From contig CAVWHY010000010.1 of assembly GCA_963754955.1 (NCBI GenBank), positions 15,233 to 79,232 of the forward strand: 64,000 nt of DNA. Reading direction: 5' to 3'. Below are positions 21,744 to 31,555 of the stretch, in pieces. The notes beneath the pieces are model-generated. The model had not been told where the DNA came from. It worked only from the letters and a program-made list of their open reading frames with translations, and ran no database searches. The first letter of the stretch is position 1. Every line of letters begins with the position of its first letter. Position numbers and translations under genes: made by a program. The DNA is from an uncultured Acidobacteriota bacterium (GTDB lineage: Bacteria; Acidobacteriota; Vicinamibacteria; Vicinamibacterales; CAVVIG01).

Positions 21744-23062
21744 ATGAGCTCGAACGCGAATCATCAAGGTCTCCTCGATCGGATCCGCACGAAACGCGCA
21801 AAAATCGGGGTCATCGGGCTCGGCTACGTCGGCCTGCCGCTGGCCGTGGAGTTTGCGCGCCAGGGGTTCGACGTCTCCGGGTTCGACGTCGACGAGTTCA
21901 AGACTGGCGAGATCAACGCGGGCCGGAGTTACATCCCGGACGTCTCCTCGGCGGAGTTGAGCGAGGTCGTCAAGGCGGGCCGGTTGCGCGGCACAACGAA
22001 CATGGCCGACCTCGGCAGCATGGACGTCATCGACATCTGCGTGCCGACGCCGCTCCGGAAGACGAAGGATCCGGATCTGTCCTACGTCGTGCGCGCCGTC
22101 GAAGCCGTGGCCGCGACGCTCAAGAACGCGGCCAGCTGATCATTCTCGAGTCAACGACCTATCCCGGCACGACCGACGAAGTCGTCCAGCCGATGCTCGA
22201 GAGCCGCGGCGTCAAGGCGGACGTCGACTTCTTCCTCGCCTTCTCGCCCGAGCGCGTGGATCCGGGCAACCAGAAATTCAACACCCGCAACATTCCCAAG
22301 GTCGTGGGCGGTGTTGGCGCCGCGAGCACCGAGGCGGCCGCGCTGCTCTACGGATCGACCGTCGACACCGTCGTGCAGGTCAGCTCGACGCGAGTCGCCG
22401 AGATGGTGAAGCTGCTCGAGAACACTTTCCGCGCGGTCAACATCGGCATGGTCAACGAGCTCGCGCTGATGTGCCACAAGATGGACATCGACGTGTGGGA
22501 AGTGATCGATGCGGCGAAGACCAAGCCGTTCGGGTTCATGCCGTTCTACCCAGGTCCCGGGCTGGGCGGCCACTGCATTCCGATCGATCCGTTCTATCTC
22601 TCGTGGAAGGCGCGGCAGAACGGCTTCGAATGCCGGTTCATCGAGCTCGCGGGCAGCGTGAACTCGGCGATGCCCGATTTCGTGGTGGAGCGCGTGTCCG
22701 AGGCGCTGAACACGGCGCGCAAGTCGATCAACGGATCGCGCGTGCACCTGATCGGGGTGGCGTACAAGAAGGACGTCAACGACATGCGCGAGTCGCCGGC
22801 GCTCGACGTGCTCGAGCTGCTGTCGAAGCGCGGCGCGCGTTTGAGCTACTCGGATCCGTACGTGCCGGAGGTCAGGCACGGCGGCCACACGCTCTCGTCG
22901 ATCGATCTGGCCGCGGCGCTCGCGGCGGCGCCCGACTGCGCCGTGATCTGCACCGATCACGGGGTGTTCGACTACGACGCGCTGCTCAAGAGCGACACGT
23001 TGCTCGTCGACACGCGCAACGCGCTCAAGAACCATTCGTCGCCGCGAATCTTCCGTCTCTGA
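21744..23062 (+). CDS. Nucleotide-sugar 6-dehydrogenase (WbpA/WecC-like), apparent frameshift near 22128
   Basis: GLGYVGLP, CVPTP, ESTTYPGTT, FSPERVDPGN, KLLENTFR, GGHCIPIDP, D.RESP. Confidence 0.92.
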
Positions 23063-23069
23063 GAATCGG

Positions 23070-23075
23070 TACACT
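23070..23075 (+). promoter_or_regulatory. -10 box TACACT 6 nt before GTG start (leaderless-type)
   Basis: GGTACACTCCCGCTGTG, no Shine-Dalgarno. Confidence 0.5.
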
Positions 23076-23081
23076 CCCGCT

Positions 23082-24065
23082 GTGCACTCATGGCTGCCGG
23101 ATCTGCTCGTCTGTCCTGAGTGTGGTGGGGCGCTGAGCCTCGACGGGGCTAATTGGAAGGGCGATGAGATCGTGGCGGGCACACTGTCGTGCGGGGCCAG
23201 TCATCGCTATCCCATCGTCGGCGGCGTGCCGCGTTTCGTCCAGCACGAACTGGACGCCGACCAGGCGCGCAGCCGCGATTCGTTCGGCTATGAGTGGACG
23301 CGGTTGTACCCGGAGCACGGCCACCAGACGGCCGAACGGCAGGCCGAGCGCGATATCTTCCTCGAGTACACGCGCACAGTGCCGTCGGACTACCGGAACA
23401 AGCTCGTGCTCGACGCGGGCTGCGGCAATGGACGGTATGCGAAGCTGGCGAATGACTGGGGTGCGCGTGTTGTGGCGGTGGACATCTCGTCCGCCGTCGA
23501 GATTGCCCAGCGCAACGTGGGCATCCGCGCAGACGTGGCCGTGGTGCAAGCGGACCTCTTCAAGCTTCCGTTCCGGCCGGGCACGTTCGAGGTGGTGTAT
23601 TCGGTCGGCGTGCTGCATCACACGCCCGATGCGAAGGGCGCCTTCGAGCGCATCCAGCCGCTGGTGAAGTCTGGTGGGATTTTTTCCCTCTTCATCCACG
23701 GCCAGGGCAACCGCGTGTTGTACGCGACCAACCGGTGGCTGCGCGCGTGGACCGCGAAGGCCTCGTACAAGACCACATGGCGGTTTTGCCTGGTGCTAAC
23801 GGCGTTCGGCAAGTTGCTCGAGAAGATCCCGTTTGTCGGTCCCGTGGTGTATCTCGTGGGGCGCCAGATCCTCTTCTTCTCGCCGGATCAGCACAACAAC
23901 TTCGATCACTTCAGCGCGGGCTTCACGAGCTTTCACCGCAAGGAGGAGATCCGCGGGTGGTATTCCGGGTGGGAGGATGTGGCGGTCCGGTACTCCGGTG
24001 TGGCGTCGGAGAGCATTTACGCGCGAGGAGCGCGCCCGCTGGATACCGTGCCCAACGTTCAATAA
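23082..24065 (+). CDS. Class I SAM methyltransferase with N-terminal Trm112-like domain
   Basis: LLVCPEC..LSC..YPIVGGVPRF; SFGYEW; VLDAGCGNG; GVLHHTP. Confidence 0.85.
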   Translation: MHSWLPDLLVCPECGGALSLDGANWKGDEIVAGTLSCGASHRYPIVGGVPRFVQHELDADQARSRDSFGYEWTRLYPEHGHQTAERQAERDIFLEYTRTVPSDYRNKLVLDAGCGNGRYAKLANDWGARVVAVDISSAVEIAQRNVGIRADVAVVQADLFKLPFRPGTFEVVYSVGVLHHTPDAKGAFERIQPLVKSGGIFSLFIHGQGNRVLYATNRWLRAWTAKASYKTTWRFCLVLTAFGKLLEKIPFVGPVVYLVGRQILFFSPDQHNNFDHFSAGFTSFHRKEEIRGWYSGWEDVAVRYSGVASESIYARGARPLDTVPNVQ

Positions 24066-24071
24066 ATGAAC
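24057..24071. promoter_or_regulatory. Palindromic operator 1, GTTCA-N5-TGAAC
   Basis: cGTTCAataaaTGAACg, overlaps stop codon of upstream gene. Confidence 0.75.
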
Positions 24072-24100
24072 GGTCCGTGGGCAGTTGCGTTGCCCTCAAT

Positions 24101-24115
24101 GTTCAGATTGTGAAC
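24101..24115. promoter_or_regulatory. Palindromic operator 2, GTTCA-N5-TGAAC
   Basis: GTTCAgattgTGAAC, 14 nt upstream of the -35 box. Confidence 0.8.
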
Positions 24116-24129
24116 GATGGCCTGACATC

Positions 24130-24158
24130 TTGACACCGATCGGGTGCTTCGCCATAAT
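24130..24158 (+). promoter_or_regulatory. Near-consensus sigma70 promoter for the SDR-transketolase-neu operon
   Basis: TTGACA (24130-24135), 17-nt spacer, CATAAT (24153-24158). Confidence 0.85.
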
Positions 24159-24164
24159 ATCGTC

Positions 24165-24179
24165 GTTCAAATTGTGAAC
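24165..24179. promoter_or_regulatory. Palindromic operator 3, GTTCA-N5-TGAAC, over predicted +1
   Basis: cGTTCAaattgTGAACg, 6 nt after the -10 box. Confidence 0.8.
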
Positions 24180-24290
24180 GCACGGGCCCATTTCGGGCCT
24201 TCTCGCGTGTCCTCCCTTGCCGTTGTTCGCTGGTCGCTTTATGCCGTTCATGGCGTGCGGCTGTGAGCGAGAGAGCGAGAGCCTGTCCCG

Positions 24291-25136
24291 TTGCTTTCTT
24301 CGTCCCCATTACTCGCTGATCTGTTCGGTCTCGACGGACACATCGCCATCGTCACTGGCGGAATGGGTCGCCTGGGCGGCCGTTACACCCAAGTCCTGGC
24401 CCAAGCAGGAGCGTCCGTCGCCGTTTTCGACCTGCCGCACCGGACCAATCCCATCGTCGAACAGGCCGCCGAGCGTCTCGCCGTCTCCACCCACCCGGTC
24501 GATGTCACCAATCGTGCTGCGGTCGACGCGGCCCTCCGCGACGTGGGGCAGCGTTTCGGGACAGCTACGATTCTCATCAACAACGCTGGCCTCGGCGCCT
24601 CGCCGTCGGATCCCTCTCTCGAGACGGGTCGCTTCGAGCAGTATCCGGAGTCCGCATGGGAGGCCATGCTCGGCTCCCACCTGAAGAGCGCGCTGGTCAC
24701 CTCGCAGTCGTTCATCGCCCAGTACCGGGCCGCGAGCACCGCTTCCACCCGGCCGGGCAGCATCATCAATGTGTCGTCCACATATGGTCTCGTGTCGCCG
24801 GACCAGTCCGTATACGAGTACCGGCGCCAGGACGGCGCGGAGTACTACAAGCCCGTCGGCTACAGCGTCGCTAAGTCGGGGGTGTTGAACTTTACCCGGT
24901 GGCTTGCCGAGTACTGCGCTCCGCTGGGGATCCGTGTGAACACGCTGGCTCCCGGAGGGGTGAGGGAAGCCGACCATGCGCCGGCATTCGTCGCAGAGTA
25001 CGAGAAGCGCACGCCACTTGGGCGCATGGCAGCGGTGGAGGACTTCGACGGCGCGTTACTGTTTCTCGCCTCACGCGCCTCCGCCTACATGACCGGCGCC
25101 ACGCTCGTCGTGGACGGCGGTTGGACGGCCAGGTAG
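24291..25136 (+). CDS. SDR family oxidoreductase (PtmA-like, nonulosonate-cluster type)
   Basis: TGGMGRLG, NNAG, SSTYG..PDQSVY, YSVAK catalytic motif, IRVNTLAPGG, VDGGW; start codon uncertain. Confidence 0.85.
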   Translation: MLSSSPLLADLFGLDGHIAIVTGGMGRLGGRYTQVLAQAGASVAVFDLPHRTNPIVEQAAERLAVSTHPVDVTNRAAVDAALRDVGQRFGTATILINNAGLGASPSDPSLETGRFEQYPESAWEAMLGSHLKSALVTSQSFIAQYRAASTASTRPGSIINVSSTYGLVSPDQSVYEYRRQDGAEYYKPVGYSVAKSGVLNFTRWLAEYCAPLGIRVNTLAPGGVREADHAPAFVAEYEKRTPLGRMAAVEDFDGALLFLASRASAYMTGATLVVDGGWTAR

Positions 25137-25184
25137 CAGTCCGCAGTCGTAGCGCGGTCCTTGAGACCCGCTTCCAGCATCAAG

Positions 25185-27164
25185 ATGGGCGAAAAAGATC
25201 ATTCCGATCGGCGGCTTGCTGGCGAGGGCGAGTTGGCCTACGTCCCGCAGGATGCCATCCGTCGCGTGCTTCGCGACAACGACGGCGATCCGATCGCACG
25301 CGCGGAGTTGCTCGCGGACCTGTGCCGCCTCAACACGTTGTACATGATCATGCAGGCCGGCTCCGGGCACATCGGGTCGAGTTTCAGTTCGATCGATCTG
25401 ATCAGCTGGCTGTGGACGTCCGTCCTCGCCGATGCCAACAGCGGTCGGCGCGGCGCCGACACGTATTTTTCCTCCAAGGGACACGACGCCCCGGCGCTTT
25501 ACTCGCTGCTCATCGCGCTCGACAAGCTGGACGCCTCGCTGCTGCACAAGCTCCGTCGGATCGACGGACTTCCGGGGCACCCGGACGTGGCTGTCCCCTT
25601 CATCGCCACCAACACTGGGTCGCTCGGTATGGGCATCTCGAAGGCGTATGGCATGGCGCGCGCACAGCGCCTGACTGCCGGAAGTGCAAGCGTCGGCCGC
25701 ATCGTGGTGATGACGGGTGACGGTGAACTTCAGGAGGGACAGATCTGGGAGTCCCTGCAGCCGACCGCGAACGAGCGGCTCGGCGAGATCATCGTCATCG
25801 TCGATCACAACAAGCTGCAGTCGGACGCGGCCGTCTCGGCCGTCAGCGACCTGGGTTCGCTCGAGGACAAGTTCGGCGCCTTCGGGTGGGAGGTGCAGCG
25901 CGCCGACGGCCATGATCTACGCGGCCTCCGAGCCGCGTTCGATCGGTTCGCGGCTGTTCCGGATCGCCCGAAGGTCCTCATCGCGGACACGATCAAAGGC
26001 AAGGGTGTGTCGTTTATGGAAGGCCTGGCGTGTGGTGACGCCACCTACCATTTTCACGCGGGTGCGCCGAGCCTTCCGAACTACCTGGCCGCCGTGGACG
26101 AGATTTCCCGGCGCGTGAACCGGCGCCTGACCTCGGTGAGCCAGCCCCCGATCGCGCTTCAGCACGTACCGCTCCCGGCCCGAATTGCGCCGTTGAAGCC
26201 CGAGCGTCTCGTCGTCGCTTACGGTGACGAACTGCTCGCGATCGCCCGGAGGCGCCCGGACGTCGTCGTGCTGGATGCCGACCTGCTGTCGGACTGCGGG
26301 ATCGAGGCGTTCAAGGCCGAGCTGCCCGAGCGTTTCATCGAATGCGGGATTGCCGAGCAGCACATGGTGTCGGCGGCCGGCGGGATGGCTCTTCGCGGCC
26401 TGCTCCCGGTCGTCCACTCCTTCGCCTGCTTTCTGTCCACACGAGCCAATGAGCACATCTACAACAACGCCACCGAGCGCAGGAAGATCATCTACACGGC
26501 TACGCTCGCCGGCGCGGTTCCCGGCGGACCGGGGCACTCGCACCAATCCGTTCGCGATATCTCGGCCATCGGCTCCGTCCCAGGACTCACGGCCATCGAG
26601 CCGTGCTGCGAGCGCGAGTCGCGGATGGCCATCAGGTGGGCCGTCGAGTGCAACGCCGCGAGCACGTATCTGCGTTTCGTGAACGTCCCGCTCGACCTTC
26701 CTTACTCGCTGCCTGATGCCTACACACTCGAGGCCGGACGAGGAGTGACGCTGCGGGAGGGGCGGGACGCGGCTATCGTGGGCTACGGTCCGGTCCTCAT
26801 GACCGGCGCCTGGCGAGCGGCCGACGAGTTGTCGCTGCAGGGCATCAGCACGGCCGTCATCAACCTACCCTGGCTGAACCGCATCGAGGACGGATGGGTG
26901 CGCGACACCCTGGGGCGTTTTCCCGTCATCGTCACGCTCGACAACCACTATGTGACGCTCGGCCAGGGCGTCATGGTTGCGGCGGCGCTCGCGAGAAACC
27001 GCGTGCGCGCCGACGTCCACTCGATCGGCCTTTCCGACATTCCCGCGTGCGGCAGCAACGCGGAGGTCCTCCAGCATCACGGTCTCGACGGCTCCTCCAT
27101 CGCGCACGCGGTTTACGCATGTATCCACACCAAGTCCTCCACTGGATCGACGACGCCGAAGTAG
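25185..27164 (+). CDS. Transketolase-like TPP enzyme (N- and C-terminal domains fused)
   Basis: GSGHIGSS, SKGH, LPGHP, GSLGMG, GDGELQEGQIWE..DHN TPP motif, ECGIAEQ, GHSHQ. Confidence 0.9.
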   Translation: MGEKDHSDRRLAGEGELAYVPQDAIRRVLRDNDGDPIARAELLADLCRLNTLYMIMQAGSGHIGSSFSSIDLISWLWTSVLADANSGRRGADTYFSSKGHDAPALYSLLIALDKLDASLLHKLRRIDGLPGHPDVAVPFIATNTGSLGMGISKAYGMARAQRLTAGSASVGRIVVMTGDGELQEGQIWESLQPTANERLGEIIVIVDHNKLQSDAAVSAVSDLGSLEDKFGAFGWEVQRADGHDLRGLRAAFDRFAAVPDRPKVLIADTIKGKGVSFMEGLACGDATYHFHAGAPSLPNYLAAVDEISRRVNRRLTSVSQPPIALQHVPLPARIAPLKPERLVVAYGDELLAIARRRPDVVVLDADLLSDCGIEAFKAELPERFIECGIAEQHMVSAAGGMALRGLLPVVHSFACFLSTRANEHIYNNATERRKIIYTATLAGAVPGGPGHSHQSVRDISAIGSVPGLTAIEPCCERESRMAIRWAVECNAASTYLRFVNVPLDLPYSLPDAYTLEAGRGVTLREGRDAAIVGYGPVLMTGAWRAADELSLQGISTAVINLPWLNRIEDGWVRDTLGRFPVIVTLDNHYVTLGQGVMVAAALARNRVRADVHSIGLSDIPACGSNAEVLQHHGLDGSSIAHAVYACIHTKSSTGSTTPK

Positions 27165-28585
27165 GGTCGTCGGATGCGAGTGCGGGCGCCTTCGAGAAAC
27201 GTCGGCCGTCGGATCACAGCGTCCTCGCGCAGGTCGCTCGCGGTGGGGCCGCCGAAGCGGCGCGTGCCGTGGACGTCGCCGTTGCTGCCGCGGAACGGTG
27301 GGGCCGGCTGCCAGCCCCCAAGCGGGGCGAGATCATCGGACGTGCTGCCGCGCTGTTGCGGGCGAACGAGCGAGAATTCGGCGAGTGCATCCAGGCCGAG
27401 ACCGGCAAGCCGTGGAAAAGCGCGGTCGGCGAAGTGACGTCTTCCGCCGATCTCGGCGTCTTCATGGCGGGAGAAGGCAGCCGCTTCTACGGAAAGACGA
27501 TGGCGAGTCCTATTCCGAACCGCGCCGTGCGAACCGTGCGCGCGCCGATCGGCGTGTGCGGCGCCGTCATGCCGTTCAACAGCCCACTGGCCGGCGTCGC
27601 CTGGAAGGTGTTCCCTGCGCTGCTGTGCGGCAATGCGGTCGTGGCGAAATCACACGAGCTCACGCCGTACACGGCCATCGCATTCGGCAAGCTGTTGCGG
27701 GAAGCTGGTCTGCCGCGCGGGGTTTATTCGGCCGTTCAAGGTCTTGGTCCCGAAGTCGGGATGCCGCTCGTGCGCGACGAACGCGTCGGCATCGTCAGCT
27801 TCACCGGATCCGTCGCGACCGGCAAGCTGATTCAGAAGGCCGTCAGTGAACGCGCGGTTCTCGCGAAGGTCTGCCTCGAACTCGGCGGCAAGAACCCCCT
27901 CGTGGTTTGCGACGACGCCGACGTTGCGCTCGCCGCCGAGCACGCGGTGGCGTCTGCCTTCGTGGACGCGGGGCAGCGGTGCGCCTCGGGCAGCCGCTTG
28001 ATTGTGTTCCGCGACGTCTACAAGGAGTTCAGTGAAGCCGTCGTCAGGCACACCGAGGCGATGAAGATCGGATCGGGCCCCGACGACGATTGCGGTCCGG
28101 TCATCTCCAAACAGAGCCTCGACCGCCTCCTGGGAACCGTGGAGAGCGCCGTCGCGCGCGGCGCCCGCCTCCTTACGGGTGGCACGGCTGTCGCCGCGCG
28201 GGCCCCCGGTTACTACATGGCCCCGACCGTGCTGGAGAACGTCGCGCTCGATGACGAGCTGATGCAACAGGAGCAGTTCGGCCCGATCACCTGCCTTTAC
28301 CGCGTGAACAACTTCGACGAGGCGGTCGCCGCCGCGAACGCGACGACCTTCGGTCTCACTGGGGCGATTCACACCGCGAACGGCAACCGCATCGAGGAGT
28401 TCATCGCGCGGTACCGCGGCGGATTGGTGTCCGTCAACGGTCCGACATACGGAGCGGGCCCGCACATGCCGTTCGGCGGCGTGAAGAATTCCGGCAACGG
28501 CTTTCGCGAGCCGGGCACAGAAGCGCTCGACGTGTACTGCGAATGGAAGACGGTCGTGGTGAATCACGACCCCACGCGCGTATGA
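27119..28585 (+). CDS. Aldehyde dehydrogenase family protein
   Basis: PFNSP, FTGS, LELGGKNP, GQRCASG, EQFGP, PFGGVKNSG. Confidence 0.92.
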   Translation: MYPHQVLHWIDDAEVGSSDASAGAFEKRRPSDHSVLAQVARGGAAEAARAVDVAVAAAERWGRLPAPKRGEIIGRAAALLRANEREFGECIQAETGKPWKSAVGEVTSSADLGVFMAGEGSRFYGKTMASPIPNRAVRTVRAPIGVCGAVMPFNSPLAGVAWKVFPALLCGNAVVAKSHELTPYTAIAFGKLLREAGLPRGVYSAVQGLGPEVGMPLVRDERVGIVSFTGSVATGKLIQKAVSERAVLAKVCLELGGKNPLVVCDDADVALAAEHAVASAFVDAGQRCASGSRLIVFRDVYKEFSEAVVRHTEAMKIGSGPDDDCGPVISKQSLDRLLGTVESAVARGARLLTGGTAVAARAPGYYMAPTVLENVALDDELMQQEQFGPITCLYRVNNFDEAVAAANATTFGLTGAIHTANGNRIEEFIARYRGGLVSVNGPTYGAGPHMPFGGVKNSGNGFREPGTEALDVYCEWKTVVVNHDPTRV

Positions 28586-29800
28586 GCAGTGGGTTTTCGC
28601 AAAAAGGACAGACGGGGAAGCGGCGGATCTGTTTTCCACTGACAAGCCGCGCCTACTACGGGCGCAGTCAGCTGCTGCTCAGGAAGCTGCGCGACTCATC
28701 CCAATCTCGAGCTCGAGTTAATGCTCGGCGGTTCGATCCTGCTGGACAAATACAGCCGCCACATCGCCGAGGACGTCGAGGCCGGCGGGTTCACCGTAGC
28801 GGCGTCGCTGTTCAACGTCATCGAGGGCGGCAACCACGTGGCGATGGCGAAAACGGCGTGCCTGACGGCGCTCGAGTTCACCAACAGCCTGTACACGCTC
28901 GATCCCGACATTGTCGTCATCAGTGGCGACCGGTTCGAGCAGCTCGCGATTGCCATGGCGGCGGCGTACCTGAACAAGACGATCGCTCACATCGAGGGCG
29001 GAGATGTCAGCGGCAGCATCGACGAAAGTGTGCGGCACGCCATTACCAAGCTTGCGCACATCCATTTCGTGACCAACGCGGATGCTCACCGCCGCGTGCT
29101 CGCCATGGGTGAGGATCCGGAGTACGTGTTCAATGCGGGGTCGCTCGACGTCGAGTGGGCCGCCGCGGTGAATACGGATATTTCAACCGAGACGCTGAAT
29201 AGGTTCGGCGTCGGCAGCCAGGTAGACGTTGCACGCCCGTTTCTGATGGTGATCCAGCATCCGGTGACGACCGAACCGGACAATCGACGCCACCTCGAAG
29301 CCACGTTCCGCGCGCTGGCCGACCTCGACATCCCGGTGGTCTGGTTCTGGCCGAACCCCGACGCCGGAACCGGCGAGATGGCCGAAACGCTCAGGCACTT
29401 CCGGGAGCACCACGAGGCGGCGATCGAGCGGGTGCGGTTCATCACCGATCTGCCGGCGGATCAGTTCATCGCCTTGCTGAAGCGCGCCTCGTGTCTCGTG
29501 GGCAACTCGTCGGCCGGCATCAAGGAGTGCTCGTATCTTGGAACGCCCGTTGTGGACATCGGGGTGCGTCAATCGGGACGTCTGAGCACCGAGAACGTAA
29601 TGCGCGTGGGATACGACGCCGGTGACATCAGAGCTGCCGTTCGAACGCAGCTCGGTCACGGTCCTTACATGCGGTCCAACGTCTATCATCGTCCGGGCGC
29701 GAGCCAGTCCATCGTCGACGTGCTGGCGAGTGTTCAGCTCTATACACAGAAGCGCTTCCACGAAACCGCCATAGACGCCGTGAGCGTGAAATCGACATGA
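28582..29800 (+). CDS. neuC: UDP-N-acetylglucosamine 2-epimerase (hydrolysing), apparent frameshift near 28697
   Basis: GDRFE, HIEGGDVSGSIDESVRHAITKLAH, QHPVTTE, PNPDAG, GNSSAG. Confidence 0.9.
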
Positions 29801-30825
29801 CTGCACATCTGCCCATCGGGAGTCGCGACATCGGTCCGGGCTCACCGTGCCTCGTCATCGCCGAGGCTGGCATCAACCACAACGGCGACGCAGGGCTGGC
29901 GGCGGAACTGGTGGATCGCGCGGCGGAAGCCGGCGCCGACGCGATCAAATTCCAGACGCACTTCCCCGAACACGAGATGCTGCGCGGCGGGGAGACCGCC
30001 GCCTACGTTGGCGAGTCGCTGTTCGATCTGCTCACGCGGACGGCGCTGTCCCGGGAGGCGCACTACGAGCTGGCGGCGCGTGCGGCTCGCAGGGGGATCA
30101 TGTTCCTCTCAACGCCGTTTTCGCGTGAGGCGGCCGACTTTCTCGAGACGCTGGGCGTGCCGGCGTTCAAGTGCGGATCGGGGGAGTTGACAAACCTGCC
30201 GTTGCTGCAGCACATCGCGCGAAAAGGCAGGCCGATGCTCGTGTCTACGGGCATGTCGACGGCCGACGAGATCGATGCGAGCGTCCGCGTGCTGGAGGCG
30301 GCGGGCGCCCAGTACGCGCTGATGCACTGCACGTCCACCTACCCGACTCCATTTCCTCACGTTCAGCTTGGATGCATCGAGTGGCTTCGGGACAAGTACG
30401 GGGTCCCCGTCGGCTTTTCCGACCACACACTGGGCAACGTGATGGCGCTCGCCGCGGTGGCCAGCGGCGCGAATATTTTCGAGAAGCACTTCACGTCGTC
30501 CCGCTCGCTACCCGGACCCGATCAGGAGGGTTCGATGGAACCAGGCGAACTCGCTGAGCTGGTCAGAGGCATCCGGGCGATCGAACAGGCACGCGGCGCA
30601 ACGAAGATGATTCAGCCGGGCGAACAAGAGGTTCGCGACATGGCGCACCACAGCGTCGTGTCCATTCGGAACATCGCGGCAGGCGCCACGATTGCCGCAG
30701 ACGACGTCTGGACGAAACGTCCTGGAACCGGAATTCCTGCCCGGCAGCTGGTTGACGTGATCGGCCGAACTGCAAAGCGGGCCATCCCCAAGGACCGTCT
30801 CATCGCGTGGGACCAGCTGTCCTGA
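29797..30825 (+). CDS. neuB: N-acetylneuraminate (nonulosonate) synthase with C-terminal SAF domain
   Basis: IAEAGINHNGD, IKFQT, STPF, HCTSTYP, GFSDHT, EKHFT, KRPGTGI. Confidence 0.93.
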   Translation: MTAHLPIGSRDIGPGSPCLVIAEAGINHNGDAGLAAELVDRAAEAGADAIKFQTHFPEHEMLRGGETAAYVGESLFDLLTRTALSREAHYELAARAARRGIMFLSTPFSREAADFLETLGVPAFKCGSGELTNLPLLQHIARKGRPMLVSTGMSTADEIDASVRVLEAAGAQYALMHCTSTYPTPFPHVQLGCIEWLRDKYGVPVGFSDHTLGNVMALAAVASGANIFEKHFTSSRSLPGPDQEGSMEPGELAELVRGIRAIEQARGATKMIQPGEQEVRDMAHHSVVSIRNIAAGATIAADDVWTKRPGTGIPARQLVDVIGRTAKRAIPKDRLIAWDQLS

Positions 30826-30832
30826 ACGCCAT

Positions 30833-31555
30833 TTGAACGTACTGGGATTGGTAACCGCGCGCGGTGGCTCGAAAGGGCTGCCGGGCAAGAACCTCCGGCC
30901 GCTCGCCGGTAAGCCGCTCATGGCCTACACGATCGAGGCTGCGAGGGCGTCCGGCTCGTTCGATCGAGTCGTGCTCTCCACCGATGATGCCGGCATCGCG
31001 GCGGCGGGTCGTGCCTGCGGCTGCGACGTGCCGTTCATCCGGCCGCCGGAGCTCGCGCGCGACGAGACGCCTCACCTCCCCGTCGTCCAGCACGCCGTTC
31101 GATGGCTCGAGGAGCGCGAGGGCTATAGGCCGGACGCTGTGATGATTCTTCAACCTACCTCGCCGCTGCGGCGGCCCGAAGACATTCGGGAGGCGGTGGC
31201 TCTGCTCGAGCGTTCGGGCGCTGATTCAGTTGTCGGCGTATGTCCCGTGCCGGATCACGACCACCCGATGCGCACGGTCTCGATCGATGCGTCGGGCCTG
31301 GCCACCCTGTTTGTGACGGGCGAGCCGCTTGGCAGCCGAATCAACCGGCGTCAGGACATGCCGCAGGCGTGGACAATGAACGGCGCCATCTATCTTCTTC
31401 GCGCCTCATTGCTGTCTGCCGCGGAGCCGAGCCTTTACGGCGCCCGCACGGCGGCGTACGTCATGTCGGCCGCGTTCGGAATCAGTATCGATTCGCTCGC
31501 TGACTGGGCCGCTGCGGAACGGGCTCTGGAAGAACTCGTGACTAAACGTGGCTAG
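30833..31555 (+). CDS. neuA: Acylneuraminate cytidylyltransferase
   Basis: ARGGSKGLPGKN, STDD, RPPELARD, LQPTSPLR, RRQD, NGAIY. Confidence 0.92.
   Translation: MNVLGLVTARGGSKGLPGKNLRPLAGKPLMAYTIEAARASGSFDRVVLSTDDAGIAAAGRACGCDVPFIRPPELARDETPHLPVVQHAVRWLEEREGYRPDAVMILQPTSPLRRPEDIREAVALLERSGADSVVGVCPVPDHDHPMRTVSIDASGLATLFVTGEPLGSRINRRQDMPQAWTMNGAIYLLRASLLSAAEPSLYGARTAAYVMSAAFGISIDSLADWAAAERALEELVTKRG

Noticed and set aside
24057-24179. Palindromes as LexA boxes
   Set aside because: Geometry GTTC-N7-GAAC differs from the Gram-positive GAAC-N4-GTTC box and from the GTTC-N7-GTTC direct repeat reported for Alphaproteobacteria and Acidobacterium; downstream genes are not SOS genes.
584-29800. About 14 frameshifts in RND, DUF3185, thrA, DegT, symporter, rfbD, LhgO-like, methyltransferase, gmd, dehydrogenase and neuC genes, as programmed frameshifting or mass pseudogenisation
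   Set aside because: Mostly isolated single-base insertions with no shared slippery motif, no accumulated nonsense decay, and hitting housekeeping genes. Most consistent with long-read consensus error; needs read-level confirmation.
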